A DNA stretch of 64,000 bases from Candidatus Obscuribacterales bacterium (GTDB taxonomy: Bacteria; Cyanobacteriota; Vampirovibrionia; Obscuribacterales; Obscuribacteraceae), in the NCBI GenBank assembly GCA_965228855.1, contig CBDDIJ010000004.1, positions 64,001-128,000 on the forward strand. The letters are read 5' to 3'. Shown here piece after piece: positions 1-9,427 of the stretch (position 1 is the stretch's first letter; the number at the start of each line of letters is the position of its first letter). The notes beneath the pieces were generated by a model that was not told the DNA's origin, made no database searches, and saw nothing but the letters and a program-made list of their open reading frames with translations. The position numbers were made by a program, and so were the translations under genes.

Positions 1-1255
1 GCGGGTCGGACCGCACGGCAATCGCTACTCTCTGGCGCCCCTGGATGTCCTCGAACTTGCGCAACTCGACGATCGAGCCCGGCGCGCTGTCACCCGCGGC
101 GTCAAGGTCGGGCAGCCTGATGTGGTGGGTGCGGCCGTCGACGGCGTCGATCACGACATAGGCGGTTCCGCTTAACTCGTCATCGAGTCCGCGATCGACA
201 AGTCGGCCGATGACGGGATCGTCGAGCTTCTCGCCGGCCAGGACGAAGCTCGACGCACCGCGGTCGATGCCGCGATCCGTGAGGGCGCGGTTCAGGCGCT
301 TGATGATGTCGCCTCGCTCGCCGACTTCGCGCATGGTCGCTTCCGCGTTGTCGGATAGAAACCACTGGCTGTGTCCGACCTGATGGGCGACGCCGAAGAC
401 CTCAAGCGTACGCAGGCGCCCGACCTTGAGCGCATGATACGCATCGGGCTGTTCGCCGGCGCGCGGGGCGAGATCGACGATGCCGCTCTTCATCCCGTCG
501 CGCTTGAGCTGCTGGTCGAGACTGGTCCAGCGCTCGGCCTCGACCTGGCTTTCGAGCTGGCGCCGGATATCCTGGTCGGTGCGCGGGCCAAGCTCCTGGG
601 TGATGAGATCGCGCGCGCGATCACGCATGCCCTCCTTGATGTAGTCGCGGGAGATGACGAGGTTCTCGCCGTCCTCGCGCACGCCGCGGACGATCAGATG
701 GACGTGCGGATGCTCGGTGTTCCAGTGGTCGACGGCCACCCAGTCGAGCCTGGTATCAAGGTCCCGCTCCATTTGATCGACGAGATCGCGGGTGAACGAT
801 TTGAGGGCGGCGATCTCAAGTGCATCGTCCGGTGAGACGATGAAGCGGAAATGATGTCGGTCGTCCTTGCAGCGCTCGGCGAAATCCTCCGCATCGACAT
901 CCTCCACGCCGGGACCGAAGAGCCGCGCCTTCTCCCCGTCCCGGGTGACGCCGTCGCGGCGGAGATACGACAGGTGGTTCGGCAGATTGCCCCCGCGCAG
1001 ATTCATGCGCACGACGCGGGCCTTGATCACCGCGCCGCGCGAACGTGCCGTGAGAAGACGATTGGCCTGCACCGATGCGCGTCGTCCGCGCCCGAAGCGC
1101 GAGCGATTGCCGGGGCCGATCCTGCCCTGGCGGGAGACTGAGCCGCCTGCTTTCTGCGCGGCGGCGAGCGCCTGGGCGACGAAGGGCCGCGCGCGCTGTG
1201 TCTTGCTCGAGCGGATACGGCCAGGGCGGACGCGGAACTCGCGCTCGTCGCTCAT
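1..1255 (-). CDS. VirD2/RlxS-like (MOBP, DUF3363) relaxase, 3' end beyond window
   Basis: Not in the ORF track; manual translation from ATG at 1255 gives MSDEREFRVRPGRIRS..., with in-frame HHFRFIVSP and DHWNTEHPHVH (HUH motif). Confidence 0.9.
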   Translation of the reverse strand, partial: MSDEREFRVRPGRIRSSKTQRARPFVAQALAAAQKAGGSVSRQGRIGPGNRSRFGRGRRASVQANRLLTARSRGAVIKARVVRMNLRGGNLPNHLSYLRRDGVTRDGEKARLFGPGVEDVDAEDFAERCKDDRHHFRFIVSPDDALEIAALKSFTRDLVDQMERDLDTRLDWVAVDHWNTEHPHVHLIVRGVREDGENLVISRDYIKEGMRDRARDLITQELGPRTDQDIRRQLESQVEAERWTSLDQQLKRDGMKSGIVDLAPRAGEQPDAYHALKVGRLRTLEVFGVAHQVGHSQWFLSDNAEATMREVGERGDIIKRLNRALTDRGIDRGASSFVLAGEKLDDPVIGRLVDRGLDDELSGTAYVVIDAVDGRTHHIRLPDLDAAGDSAPGSIVELRKFEDIQGRQRVAIAVRSDP

Positions 1256-1267
1256 CGTGCAGATCCT

Positions 1268-1415
1268 GCACATCGCGCCAAGGCGCGAAGAATTATGGAA
1301 AATTGCCCATAGCGCGATGTAGCCGCTGCAAGCGCACATCGCGCAAAAGTCCTGCAAGTCGTTGAAACATAACCCCCCGACCGCAGCGCACCTCGCGCCC
1401 CTTTATCCTGCCATC
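1268..1415 (+). other. Putative oriT with IncP/T-border-like nic site TATCCTG^C (1404-1411)
   Basis: TATCCTGC just upstream of the relaxase start; repeated GCAC(A/C)TCGCGC at 1268, 1334, 1388 and an inverted copy at 1312. Confidence 0.7.
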
Positions 1416-1499
1416 GTGCGGTTGTGGTGCTGGCTTCCCGCCTTGATGCCTTCCATGCCACGCTGCGGTTCGCCATGACGCGATGGGATGGAGCGCGCC

Positions 1500-2252
1500 T
1501 CATTGCGTGGCATCTGGCTCGGAGCGCGCGACGAACATGCCCTCTGAAGAGGCCGGTGTCGCGTCGTCGTGCTGCACTGAATCTGCCGCCGGGCTGCTGT
1601 CGGGTTGCGGCGAACCGGCAGGAGAGCCGCTGCCGAACGGGTCGACGAAGAGCGGAGCCTCGCGCCAGTCGATGGGGCGGGAGACGTTCGGGTCCGCGCC
1701 ATTCGGTAGCGGCTTGCCGCCCAGCAGAGGCGCAAGCGCGGCGACATAGGCGCGGGTCTCGGCCGGCAGTGGGCGGGCGTTTGCGAGGTATTCATCGTAA
1801 CGCGCCGGGCCGGCATTGTAGGCGGCGAGCATGCCGCCGATCGTGCCGTAGCGATCGAGCATCTCCCGCAGATATGCTGCGCCGGCGAGGATGTTGTCGC
1901 GCGGATCGAACGGGTCATCACCAAGCCGATACCGGTCGCGCAGTTCCTCCCAGGTGTCGGGCATGACCTGCATCAGGCCCATCGCGCCGGCGGGGGACAC
2001 CGCGCGAACATCGTGCGCGCTTTCGGCCGCCAGTACGGCGCGTATCCACTCCTCGGGAATGCGGAAACGCGCCGATGCTTCGGCGACGAAAGGATCGAAC
2101 CGTGCGTCGATGGTCTGCTCGGTGATCGGCCCGTACTGCGCCTGCACGCCGAGCGCGGGCGTCAGGATCGAGAGGCCGGAAAGGAGAAGGAGGACGACAC
2201 GACCGAAGCGGACGTGCCGCCGAACGACGGACCTCAGGCTGAGCGGGTGCAT
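1500..2252 (-). CDS. Lytic transglycosylase (SLT domain)
   Basis: AES, AMGLMQ and AAYNAG motifs; hydrophobic N-terminus. Confidence 0.9.
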   Translation of the reverse strand: MHPLSLRSVVRRHVRFGRVVLLLLSGLSILTPALGVQAQYGPITEQTIDARFDPFVAEASARFRIPEEWIRAVLAAESAHDVRAVSPAGAMGLMQVMPDTWEELRDRYRLGDDPFDPRDNILAGAAYLREMLDRYGTIGGMLAAYNAGPARYDEYLANARPLPAETRAYVAALAPLLGGKPLPNGADPNVSRPIDWREAPLFVDPFGSGSPAGSPQPDSSPAADSVQHDDATPASSEGMFVARSEPDATQ

Positions 2253-2255
2253 CGA

Positions 2256-2603
2256 TCAGTCCTGTGGCCTGTCCTGATCGTCGCGCCTCTTCTGGCGCGT
2301 CCAGTGCAAGCCCCAGTCGCGGCCATTCTCATCCGACTGGAACAGGCGTGCGCGAATCGGCTGCACGAAGGAGGGATCGTCGAGGATGACCGAGATGTAG
2401 GCGCCGGCGCGGTCGCCGGTCTGTAACCAGCCCGCGCCGATCTCGATGCCATCCTCGTCGCCGAGGCGAATGCGGTAGTCCGGGGCGTTCTCGACATCGG
2501 CTCTGTCGGTGGGAACGAAGACGATCGCGAGGTCGAGCGAGAGCGTGCGAACGCGCCCGGAATAACCCGTCTGCGTGCGGGTGAACTGACCGATCTGTGC
2601 CAT
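2256..2603 (-). CDS. DUF736 family protein
   Basis: MAQIGQF..APDYRI..EIGAGW..LDDPSF pattern. Confidence 0.85.
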   Translation of the reverse strand: MAQIGQFTRTQTGYSGRVRTLSLDLAIVFVPTDRADVENAPDYRIRLGDEDGIEIGAGWLQTGDRAGAYISVILDDPSFVQPIRARLFQSDENGRDWGLHWTRQKRRDDQDRPQD

Positions 2604-2638
2604 GGGAAGTCTCCTCTGTCTGGCGGTTGGGAAGGGCG

Positions 2639-3193
2639 TCAGGGCGCGTCGGGCGGATCGCCGACGTGCCAGTGGAAGCGGCCGTCGCCGTCCGCATCCG
2701 TCCAGATCGGGAGCGCGCGGGCGGTAACGGCGTTGAGGGGGAGCGGCCCGAAGTAGCGACCGTCAAAACTGTCCGCCGCGTCCCAGTTCATGAGGAAGAC
2801 CTCGCCTTCGGCGAGCGTCCGGCAGCCCTGCCAGGCCGGCAGTGGGCGCCCCTGGCTGTCGCGCTCGCGCGCCGCGCCATAGGCGTGGTCGAAGGCGACG
2901 ATGGTGCTACCCTGACGGCAGACCGTGTCGCCGACGACCGCCAGAACGCGCTTGAGCAGCGGCACGCCGCGCGGCAGGTAGCCGCGCTCGGCGAGGAAGG
3001 CGGCGAGCGGCTCGGGCGGCTCGACGACGACGAGATCGGGCGCCTCGACGCGGCTCACTGGCGCGAGCCGATAGAGCCCGATCGCTACGCTGGGCGAAGC
3101 GTTCCAGATGAACGCAGGGCTGTCGCGCCACATCGGCTCGGCGACGAGCGCGCAGGAGACGAGCATGGTGAGTGTGATCGCCGCGCGGCTCAT
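2639..3193 (-). CDS. traF: S26-family conjugative peptidase TraF
   Basis: WNASPSVAIGLY, PLLKRV, DSFDGRYFGP; start overlaps upstream stop. Confidence 0.88.
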   Translation of the reverse strand: MSRAAITLTMLVSCALVAEPMWRDSPAFIWNASPSVAIGLYRLAPVSRVEAPDLVVVEPPEPLAAFLAERGYLPRGVPLLKRVLAVVGDTVCRQGSTIVAFDHAYGAARERDSQGRPLPAWQGCRTLAEGEVFLMNWDAADSFDGRYFGPLPLNAVTARALPIWTDADGDGRFHWHVGDPPDAP

Positions 3194-3708
3194 GGCGCAA
3201 CGCTCCGGCGCTTGAGCCACGCGCCGTGACGCTCGGCCGTGTAGGTGCGCGGTTCGGCGCCGGTGGCGATATAATGATGGACGTGACGCCAGTGATCGGC
3301 CGGCACGGCGCCGGGATCGATGTCCAGCGCGTCGATGGTGTCGATATGCTCGAGCACACGGGCGACCTTCGGCCACCCCTCGGCGCGGAGCAGAATCTCA
3401 CCGCCGGGGCGCACGAAGGGCAGTGTCTGGAACGGTTCTCCAGGCGCAATGGCGCGCACGATGTCGATGCGCGACAACACGGTGCCGTAGTCGTTGGCGG
3501 CCCAGCGCACGAACGCGAAAAGCGTGTTCGGTGCGAAGCCGATGATCCGGCGATGCCGGTCGAGGACCTGCTCGTAGCTCTGGCTGCCGAAGCGGATCCA
3601 GTATTCGATCCGCTTCTCTCGCCAAGTGAGTTCGACCAGTGTTGTGGAGAGCGGCGGCCCGTCGACCGTGGGCAGCATGCTGAGCGGCAGCGAGGGGCGC
3701 TGGGTCAT
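3190..3708 (-). CDS. DUF2840 family protein
   Basis: IEYWIRFG, FVRWAANDYGT motifs; usual position between parG and traF. Confidence 0.8.
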   Translation of the reverse strand: MTQRPSLPLSMLPTVDGPPLSTTLVELTWREKRIEYWIRFGSQSYEQVLDRHRRIIGFAPNTLFAFVRWAANDYGTVLSRIDIVRAIAPGEPFQTLPFVRPGGEILLRAEGWPKVARVLEHIDTIDALDIDPGAVPADHWRHVHHYIATGAEPRTYTAERHGAWLKRRSVAP

Positions 3709-3956
3709 TCGCTGCCCTTTTCATCGGTGGGAAACTCGCGGGCGAAGAGGTCGCGCAGCATGTCGGCGACGGTGATGCCCCGCTGGAAGGCTGCCACCTT
3801 GATGCGGCCGCGCAGGTCCGGTGCGACATCGATGGTAAGCCGCGCCGTGTATCCGGCAGCCGCGCCAGCGCGCGGCGACGCCTCGGCGGACTTGATCCAG
3901 CGGTCCGGATCGCCAGGACGCGCGGTGAAGCGGTGTCGGGACGGCGCGCCGGTCAC
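3705..3956 (-). CDS. Ribbon-helix-helix partition protein (ParG-like)
   Basis: [24 protein letters not shown]; directly follows parA. Confidence 0.75.
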   Translation of the reverse strand: MTGAPSRHRFTARPGDPDRWIKSAEASPRAGAAAGYTARLTIDVAPDLRGRIKVAAFQRGITVADMLRDLFAREFPTDEKGSE

Positions 3957-4606
3957 GACGTCACCGTCCCGATGCGGAGCCGCTCGATCTCGGAAGCGAG
4001 CGCGCCGATCTCACGCGCGGCGAGCCCCCCGACATCAAATTCGCAAGCGAGTTGCCCGGATTGCGCCGCCGCGGCGAACAGCACGCGCTGGCCAATCGTT
4101 GCGGCGAGAACGGGCGGATCGTGATCGGCGAGCGTCTCGGCGGTGTCGCGCGCGATGATGGTGCGCGCGCCGCACCGGTTGAGCACGAAGCGGGCGGCGA
4201 GTTGCGGCCGGTAGATGCGCGCCTCGGCGAGCAGCGCCAGCATCTCGGCCGAAGCCCAGCCGTCGAGCGGCGACGGCTGCACCGGGATCAGCACGAGGTC
4301 GGCGGCGAGCAGCGACGAGCGCATCAGGCCGGCGACGCGAGGCGGTCCGTCGATGACGACGTGGTCGGCGTCGCGGGCGAGTTCCGGCGCTTCGCGGTGC
4401 AGCGTGTCGCGCGCCAGCCCAACAACGCCGAACAGGCGCGGCGCCCCACTGCGGCTGCGCTGCTGCGACCAGTCAAGCGCCGAGCCCTGCGGGTCGGCAT
4501 CGACCAGGGTGACGCGCTTGCCGCGCCGTGCCCATTCACCGGCGAGATGCAGGGCGAGCGTGGTCTTGCCGACGCCGCCCTTCTGGTTGAGGAGCGCGAT
4601 GATCAT
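3953..4606 (-). CDS. parA: ParA-family partition ATPase
   Basis: Deviant Walker [21 protein letters not shown]. Confidence 0.92.
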   Translation of the reverse strand: MIIALLNQKGGVGKTTLALHLAGEWARRGKRVTLVDADPQGSALDWSQQRSRSGAPRLFGVVGLARDTLHREAPELARDADHVVIDGPPRVAGLMRSSLLAADLVLIPVQPSPLDGWASAEMLALLAEARIYRPQLAARFVLNRCGARTIIARDTAETLADHDPPVLAATIGQRVLFAAAAQSGQLACEFDVGGLAAREIGALASEIERLRIGTVTS

Positions 4607-5667
4607 CGGTCGCTCCTCCGGCGAATGGTGCCAGAAGGAGGGGAGTTATCCCCGGAACGCGTTCCCAAATAATTAGATTTAGACTCTTCTTTAGAGTCTT
4701 TACGGGCGTGATTCTGCTCGCTTGGCCAAAGGCTTAACTGAGGTTCGTGCGCCTGATGTACGGATAGGTTTGCGCCCGATGTACGGATACCGGACGCGCC
4801 CGATGTACGGATATCTGGCGAAGTTACGCACAGCTTTTCCACAGGGCGGATGTGGACAAGTTCTTCTCTGTCCGGTGCGCGTTCGATGGCGAGCGCATAG
4901 CCAGGCAGCGGCTGGCGGCGCGCAATGGCGCGAATGTCGATGGCGAAGTCGGAATAGCGCGCGAGCGAGCCGCTCTTGGTATGGAGATGCCGAAGCTCGA
5001 AGCGCCAGCCACCGGTCTGGCGGCCGGCGTGCTTGCGCGCCACGCGATAAAGCCAGCGCTCGATGCCACCAGTGAGGTCGAAGTAGTCAGGGTCGATGGC
5101 GAGGACCAGGCGGCGATCGACGATGCCTTGGTAGAGCCATTCGGGCAGGACGAACTCCATGCCCTCGACATGGCCGCTGTGCGTCGCCAGTTCTTCCCAC
5201 TCGTTGATCCAGGAGAATTGCTGGCGCCGCCAGTGCTCGCCCTGGCGGATGGTGGTGCGGATGACTGTCGATTGCAGGCGGGTCAGCGCACTCTTGATCA
5301 GGAAGTAGCTGCGCGCGCCCGTGGTGCGGCCGATGCCGTTGAGCAGTTGATAGGGCGTGAAGCGGAAGAAGCGCGAGGTCGGCAGGCCTCGATCCTGGGC
5401 GGCCAGGATCTGGCTTGCGGCCCAGATCAGCACGTCGGCATCCCAGATCGTCGCCATGCCGTGTTCGGCGACGGCATAGACTTGGAGTTCGACGTCGCCG
5501 GCCTTGTAATGGATCGGCGCGACGCGGCGCGACTTCGACAGCGAGAAGAAGGGATGCGCCATCAGATCGCGCTGATCGCGCGGCGGCACGTCGCCGCTCA
5601 GCGCCTCGAAGGGATCGAGTTGCGCACGTTCGCTGCGCTGGCGCGGTGATGCCGTCATTGGGATCAC
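4603..5667 (-). CDS. repA: Replication initiator protein A (RPA family)
   Basis: [41 protein letters not shown] motifs. Confidence 0.88.
   Translation of the reverse strand: MIPMTASPRQRSERAQLDPFEALSGDVPPRDQRDLMAHPFFSLSKSRRVAPIHYKAGDVELQVYAVAEHGMATIWDADVLIWAASQILAAQDRGLPTSRFFRFTPYQLLNGIGRTTGARSYFLIKSALTRLQSTVIRTTIRQGEHWRRQQFSWINEWEELATHSGHVEGMEFVLPEWLYQGIVDRRLVLAIDPDYFDLTGGIERWLYRVARKHAGRQTGGWRFELRHLHTKSGSLARYSDFAIDIRAIARRQPLPGYALAIERAPDREELVHIRPVEKLCVTSPDIRTSGASGIRTSGANLSVHQAHEPQLSLWPSEQNHARKDSKEESKSNYLGTRSGDNSPPSGTIRRRSDR
4749..4813 (+). repeat. Three 18-bp direct repeats GCGCCYGATGTACGGATA (iteron-like)
   Basis: Copies start at 4749, 4772 and 4796, inside the 3' end of repA. Confidence 0.85.
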
Positions 5668-5670
5668 CGT

Positions 5671-5925
5671 TCAGCGAGCGTCAAGGCGGCGGGCCGGATG
5701 GACCGTGCCGTGACCGGGATCGGAGGTAGAGGTCTTGGTGCCGCGATCGGCCCAAGCCTGGAGATCCTCGAGCGCATAGACGACGCGGCCCCCCAGTTTC
5801 CGGTAGGCCGGGCCGGTGCCGTAGGTGCGGTGCTTTTCGAGCGTGCGGTCCGAGAGGCCAAGGAAGCGGGCGGCCTCGGGGGTCCTGAGATAGCGCGGCG
5901 GCAAGCCGGCGGTATTGGAAGTCAT
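5671..5925 (-). CDS. RdfS/AlpA-like HTH excisionase-regulator
   Basis: YLRTPEAARFLGLS..TLEKHR..GPAYRKLGGRVVY. Confidence 0.85.
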   Translation of the reverse strand: MTSNTAGLPPRYLRTPEAARFLGLSDRTLEKHRTYGTGPAYRKLGGRVVYALEDLQAWADRGTKTSTSDPGHGTVHPARRLDAR

Positions 5926-6063
5926 GAGCGGGTCTCCGCGAGTGCGATCAGACCGCCGGTGTTCGACGGCGGGCATTGATCACGGTGGCGAAGACGGGGC
6001 GCGAAGGGGGATGAGGAAGTTTGCAGGGCGAAAATCCTCACCCCTGCCGGTGACGATTCCGGA

Positions 6064-6820
6064 TTATTCCTTGCGGCGATGACGCAGAAGCTGACGGTAG
6101 CCGCCGGCAATCATGGTGCGGCCGCCATGGACAAGACCGATGATGGTGGCGCGCAGGGGAGAGGTCTTCCAGGGCTCAGCTGCGACGCGACCGGGCCCGA
6201 ACAAGACGATGGCGATATCGCGATAGCTTGCGCCGTCCAGGTGGCCATCGGTCGCCTGCAACATCTGCCGATGGCGGCGCTGCTGCTGAGGTGTCAGTCG
6301 GCGGTCATCGGGAACGGCGCGGCCCTGCAGGGCGCGCAGCAGGCGGTCGATGGCGTGGATCCGGTCAAAGCCGTCGGCATCAAGCGGCACCAGCGCGGCG
6401 AGCGCCGTTCCAGCCGGTGCGCCGGCAAGCCGCAGGATGCGGATGGCCTGGTTGCCGATAGCGAACACCGTGTGTTCGCCCTGGTCGTCCGACCGCGCGG
6501 CTGGATCGCGCAACTCGGAGGAGAGGTTCTCTGCCGTCGGCAGCACGATGGGCGACTGCGTAAGCAGTACGGCGCTCGTGTCCGCCTCGACGGACCAGAA
6601 CACGGGACCCAGGCCAGCACTCAGCGACGGCGGGACAAAAAAACTGCAATCCCCACTTTTTGCCGAGCTCTACCCGTGCGGAGGCATGCTCGGCGCGGGC
6701 ATAGTCCTGTTGATAGTCCTTGTTGCGCCTGAGCCATTCCCAGGCGAGGTCGGTCGAATTCAATTCGTCGAGATAGTCGTATGTCTCCGAGGAGCGCCAG
6801 TGGGAGATATCGGGCGTCAT
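6064..6820 (-). CDS. FseA-like activator (DUF6499 + DUF2285) joined by a +1 frameshift
   Basis: ORF1 has AWEWLRRN then TGG GGA TTG CAG TTT T; the +1 frame continues into VFW and a DUF2285 HTH. Confidence 0.8.
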
Positions 6821-6928
6821 CGTTGGTCCTCGTTGCCGCAACGTGGGGCGGGCAGCGTCCCGGAAACTTGACGGCTTGGGAAGAGTTTAAGAAAGCACCG
6901 CGCGATGCCTGAGGCGCACCGCGGCGTA

Positions 6929-7192
6929 CTATAGCGGTTTCCCGTGAAGCAGCTTGCGGTAACCGTGCTCCGTCATCCAGCGCGCGCGAGAGAGATGGCT
7001 GTCGTGGACACGCTGTGCCCGCTCGGGTTCGGCTTCGGGATCGATCTCGAAGATCACCGCCACGGCCTCACGCCAATCCGCGCCGTCGGTGGCTGCGTCC
7101 AGCACCCGCATATAAGCTTTCATATGCGTGCGATCGTAGTCCGTCAGCTCGGCGCTGTCGGGTGGGGCGTCCAGATACTCGATTGGCGCCAT
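6929..7192 (-). CDS. QseM-like antiactivator (stand-alone DUF2285)
   Basis: LTDYD..YMRVLDA..GADWREA..SHLSRARWM; divergent from an XRE gene. Confidence 0.8.
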   Translation of the reverse strand: MAPIEYLDAPPDSAELTDYDRTHMKAYMRVLDAATDGADWREAVAVIFEIDPEAEPERAQRVHDSHLSRARWMTEHGYRKLLHGKPL

Positions 7193-7290
7193 GGTCGTGT
7201 TTCTCCCCTCGGACCGAGCATATATCGAGAGGCCGGGTCCTGTAACGATGAAGATGAACGGCGTGTCAGTACCACGCCCTCTCGCGAATC

Positions 7291-7319
7291 GGAACTATCG
7301 TTCCTAGAACGATCGTTCC
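7291..7319 (+). promoter_or_regulatory. Tandem palindromic operators (C-protein/QseC-like)
   Basis: GGAACTATCGTTCC and AGAACGATCGTTCC with 15-bp period upstream of the XRE gene. Confidence 0.7.
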
Positions 7320-7340
7320 GACGCTGGTTCTCGTTCTGCC

Positions 7341-7556
7341 ATGGACCTCAAGGAGGTCATGGCGATCAACCTGCGTCGGATACGCCATGACAAGGATATG
7401 ACGCAGGAAGAACTGGCGGACCGGGCTGGCTTGAGCGCGCGGTATATCGGTGCGATCGAGCGCGCGAACAAATCGGCAAGCGTGACCGTTCTTGGCCGGA
7501 TTGCCGAGGCCCTCGGGGTGGAAGCGGCCGCACTGATCAAGCGCCCTCGGCAGTGA
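7341..7556 (+). CDS. XRE HTH regulator (QseC-like controller)
   Basis: MTQEELADRAGLSARYIGAIER. Confidence 0.88.
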   Translation: MDLKEVMAINLRRIRHDKDMTQEELADRAGLSARYIGAIERANKSASVTVLGRIAEALGVEAAALIKRPRQ

Positions 7557-7599
7557 TGATCTGATCGGGACGTCGAGGCGACATCCGCCTCGCGCGCGA

Positions 7600-7632
7600 T
7601 GTAGAGAATACTCCGTGGCAGAATTCTCTACA
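7600..7632 (+). promoter_or_regulatory. Operator inverted repeat upstream of the second XRE gene
   Basis: TGTAGAGAAT-N13-ATTCTCTACA, perfect 10-bp arms. Confidence 0.65.
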
Positions 7633-7651
7633 AGGCCGTGTCCTCTCGTGC

Positions 7652-7903
7652 ATGGAGATACGAGAGATACTGGCCCACAATCTGAAGACCTATCGCCGTG
7701 CGCAGGGCTTGTCGCAGGAGGAACTGGCGCACCGCGCCGGCATCGACCGGACCTATATCAGTTCGCTCGAGCGCTGCGTCTATGCGGCCGGCATCGATGT
7801 CGTGGACAGCCTGGCCAAGGTGCTCGGCGTCGAGGCGTCCGACCTGTTGAAGCGACCGGAACGCGGCGCGTCCCGGCGCCGGACGACTGGCCGTAGCAGT
7901 TGA
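7652..7903 (+). CDS. XRE HTH regulator (second controller-like protein)
   Basis: LSQEELAHRAGIDRTYISSLER. Confidence 0.88.
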   Translation: MEIREILAHNLKTYRRAQGLSQEELAHRAGIDRTYISSLERCVYAAGIDVVDSLAKVLGVEASDLLKRPERGASRRRTTGRSS

Positions 7904-7904
7904 A

Positions 7905-7934
7905 GGCCCCGCCCGGACCAGCCGGGCGGGGTGT
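7905..7934. terminator. GC-rich hairpin between convergent genes
   Basis: CCCCGCCCGG-ACCAG-CCGGGCGGGG. Confidence 0.6.
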
Positions 7935-7946
7935 TGGCCGTTCGCC

Positions 7947-8273
7947 TCAGTCGCCGTTGCGGCGGGTCGGGCGGGACCAGATGAGGCTGTAGCTCTCGCC
8001 GTCTTCGTCCTCGACCAGGTTGGCGTAGATCGGGGCGGTGAAGCTGGGGTCGTCGAGCTTGAAGCCCAGGTAGGGACGGCCCTCGTTGGACTGCTTGCTC
8101 CAGGCGGCGCCGATCTCGGCGCGGCCGACGAAGACCCGGTGGCTGGGGGCGTTCTCGCCGCTGGCGCGGGTGTCGGCTGTGACGCGGACGTTCTTGGCCT
8201 GGACCGAGAGGGTGACGATTTCGCCGGTGAATTCGTTGTTGGCGGTCTTCTTGAAGGTGCCGATGGTGGCCAT
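7947..8273 (-). CDS. DUF736 family protein
   Basis: MATIGTFKK..APSHRV..EIGAAW..KLDDPSF..LIWSR. Confidence 0.88.
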   Translation of the reverse strand: MATIGTFKKTANNEFTGEIVTLSVQAKNVRVTADTRASGENAPSHRVFVGRAEIGAAWSKQSNEGRPYLGFKLDDPSFTAPIYANLVEDEDGESYSLIWSRPTRRNGD

Positions 8274-8853
8274 GGTAGTTCTCCTTGGTTTCTGGCTCGA
8301 GCCCGCACCATGCGGCCTCGATGGCGATCGTCCGGCCGAAGGCGATCGACGGCGCACCCCGCAGGGGCCTGACGGCAGAGGAGGAACTATCTTGTTTCGC
8401 GAGGAACCCGGCCTCTTGGCCGGGAGGGGAAGATAGTTTTGACGGCGCTGTTGCGCCTTAGGCGATCGAGGCGAAGCCGGCCTTCGGACAGATCAAGCCA
8501 GACAAAGAGGCCGTACTGGAGCGGTCTTGAAGCTGAAAGGAACCGGGGAGAACTGCTCTGGCGACCTGGTGTGCCTAGGACCGTCTGACGGTTTCACTTG
8601 CGGGATTGCCTGCCGGCGTCCCAAGCAATCTCCTGTCCGCACCGCCGTCGCTCGAGCGGTGGCGCACCGCCCGGACCACGCGTTCCGGGCATGACGCTGA
8701 TCCCAGCGCTGGAGCAACCGATGACCAACGCCGCCCCCCTACGGGCTCCTCGAGTTCGACGAGTCGCTCGTTCACGGCCGCGCTTCCCCACCTTCCAGCG
8801 GCGGAAGACGCCGGCTCATTGTCGAGCTGGGTTGTCCCGGTCGGTCGCTTCGG

Positions 8854-9297
8854 TCACGAGGCTCGCGCGACACCCTGTCCGGCTGGTCCGGGCGGGGCCA
8901 TCATGGTGAGACGCATGAGGGCCGTGATGCCGACTGCGATGGCGCCAGCAACGGCGAAGACCACCTGCCAGGTCTCGGACGGCATGGTCAGCTTCACGAT
9001 GCCGAAGGTGGCGTGGTAGCCGGCGACGACTGCCGGGGCGACGAAGACGAGCAGCACGAGGAGTTTCAGCCATACGGGCTGCACGACGAGCAGCACGAGT
9101 TGGAAGAGACCGAAGGTGGCAGCCGCAGCCAGCGTACCGACAATAACGCCGCCGAGGCCGCCGGCCCCGGTGCTGTTGGCCCAGAGGCCGATGGAGATGC
9201 CGGCGAACACGGGGAGCGCGAAGACGGCGAGATTGAAGAGCAGCCAGCAGAGCGCGACGATGCCGGCGAGCGATACGAGAATGCCGATGATGATCAT
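8854..9297 (-). CDS. Integral membrane protein of unknown function
   Basis: Several hydrophobic segments; GGAGA RBS upstream. Confidence 0.7.
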   Translation of the reverse strand: MIIIGILVSLAGIVALCWLLFNLAVFALPVFAGISIGLWANSTGAGGLGGVIVGTLAAAATFGLFQLVLLVVQPVWLKLLVLLVFVAPAVVAGYHATFGIVKLTMPSETWQVVFAVAGAIAVGITALMRLTMMAPPGPAGQGVARAS

Positions 9298-9427
9298 GGT
9301 GGTGGTCTCCGTGGACGATGTCGAACGGGCGCGCCTCCACCACCACCGCGGCGCAATTGGAAGTATAGCGCAGCGAGCGTGTGGCGCAAATCACGCGCGT
9401 CGCTTCGGTGATGGTCGGGGACGGCGC

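Noticed and set aside
371..1141. Plus-strand ORFs of 154 and 96 aa
   Set aside because: Antisense shadows of the relaxase, which has clear motifs on the minus strand.
4749..4813. Possible mini CRISPR array, given a Cas4-like gene in the window
   Set aside because: Spacers are only 5-6 bp and there are no cas1/cas2 genes; fits iterons better. No CRISPR array seen anywhere in the window.
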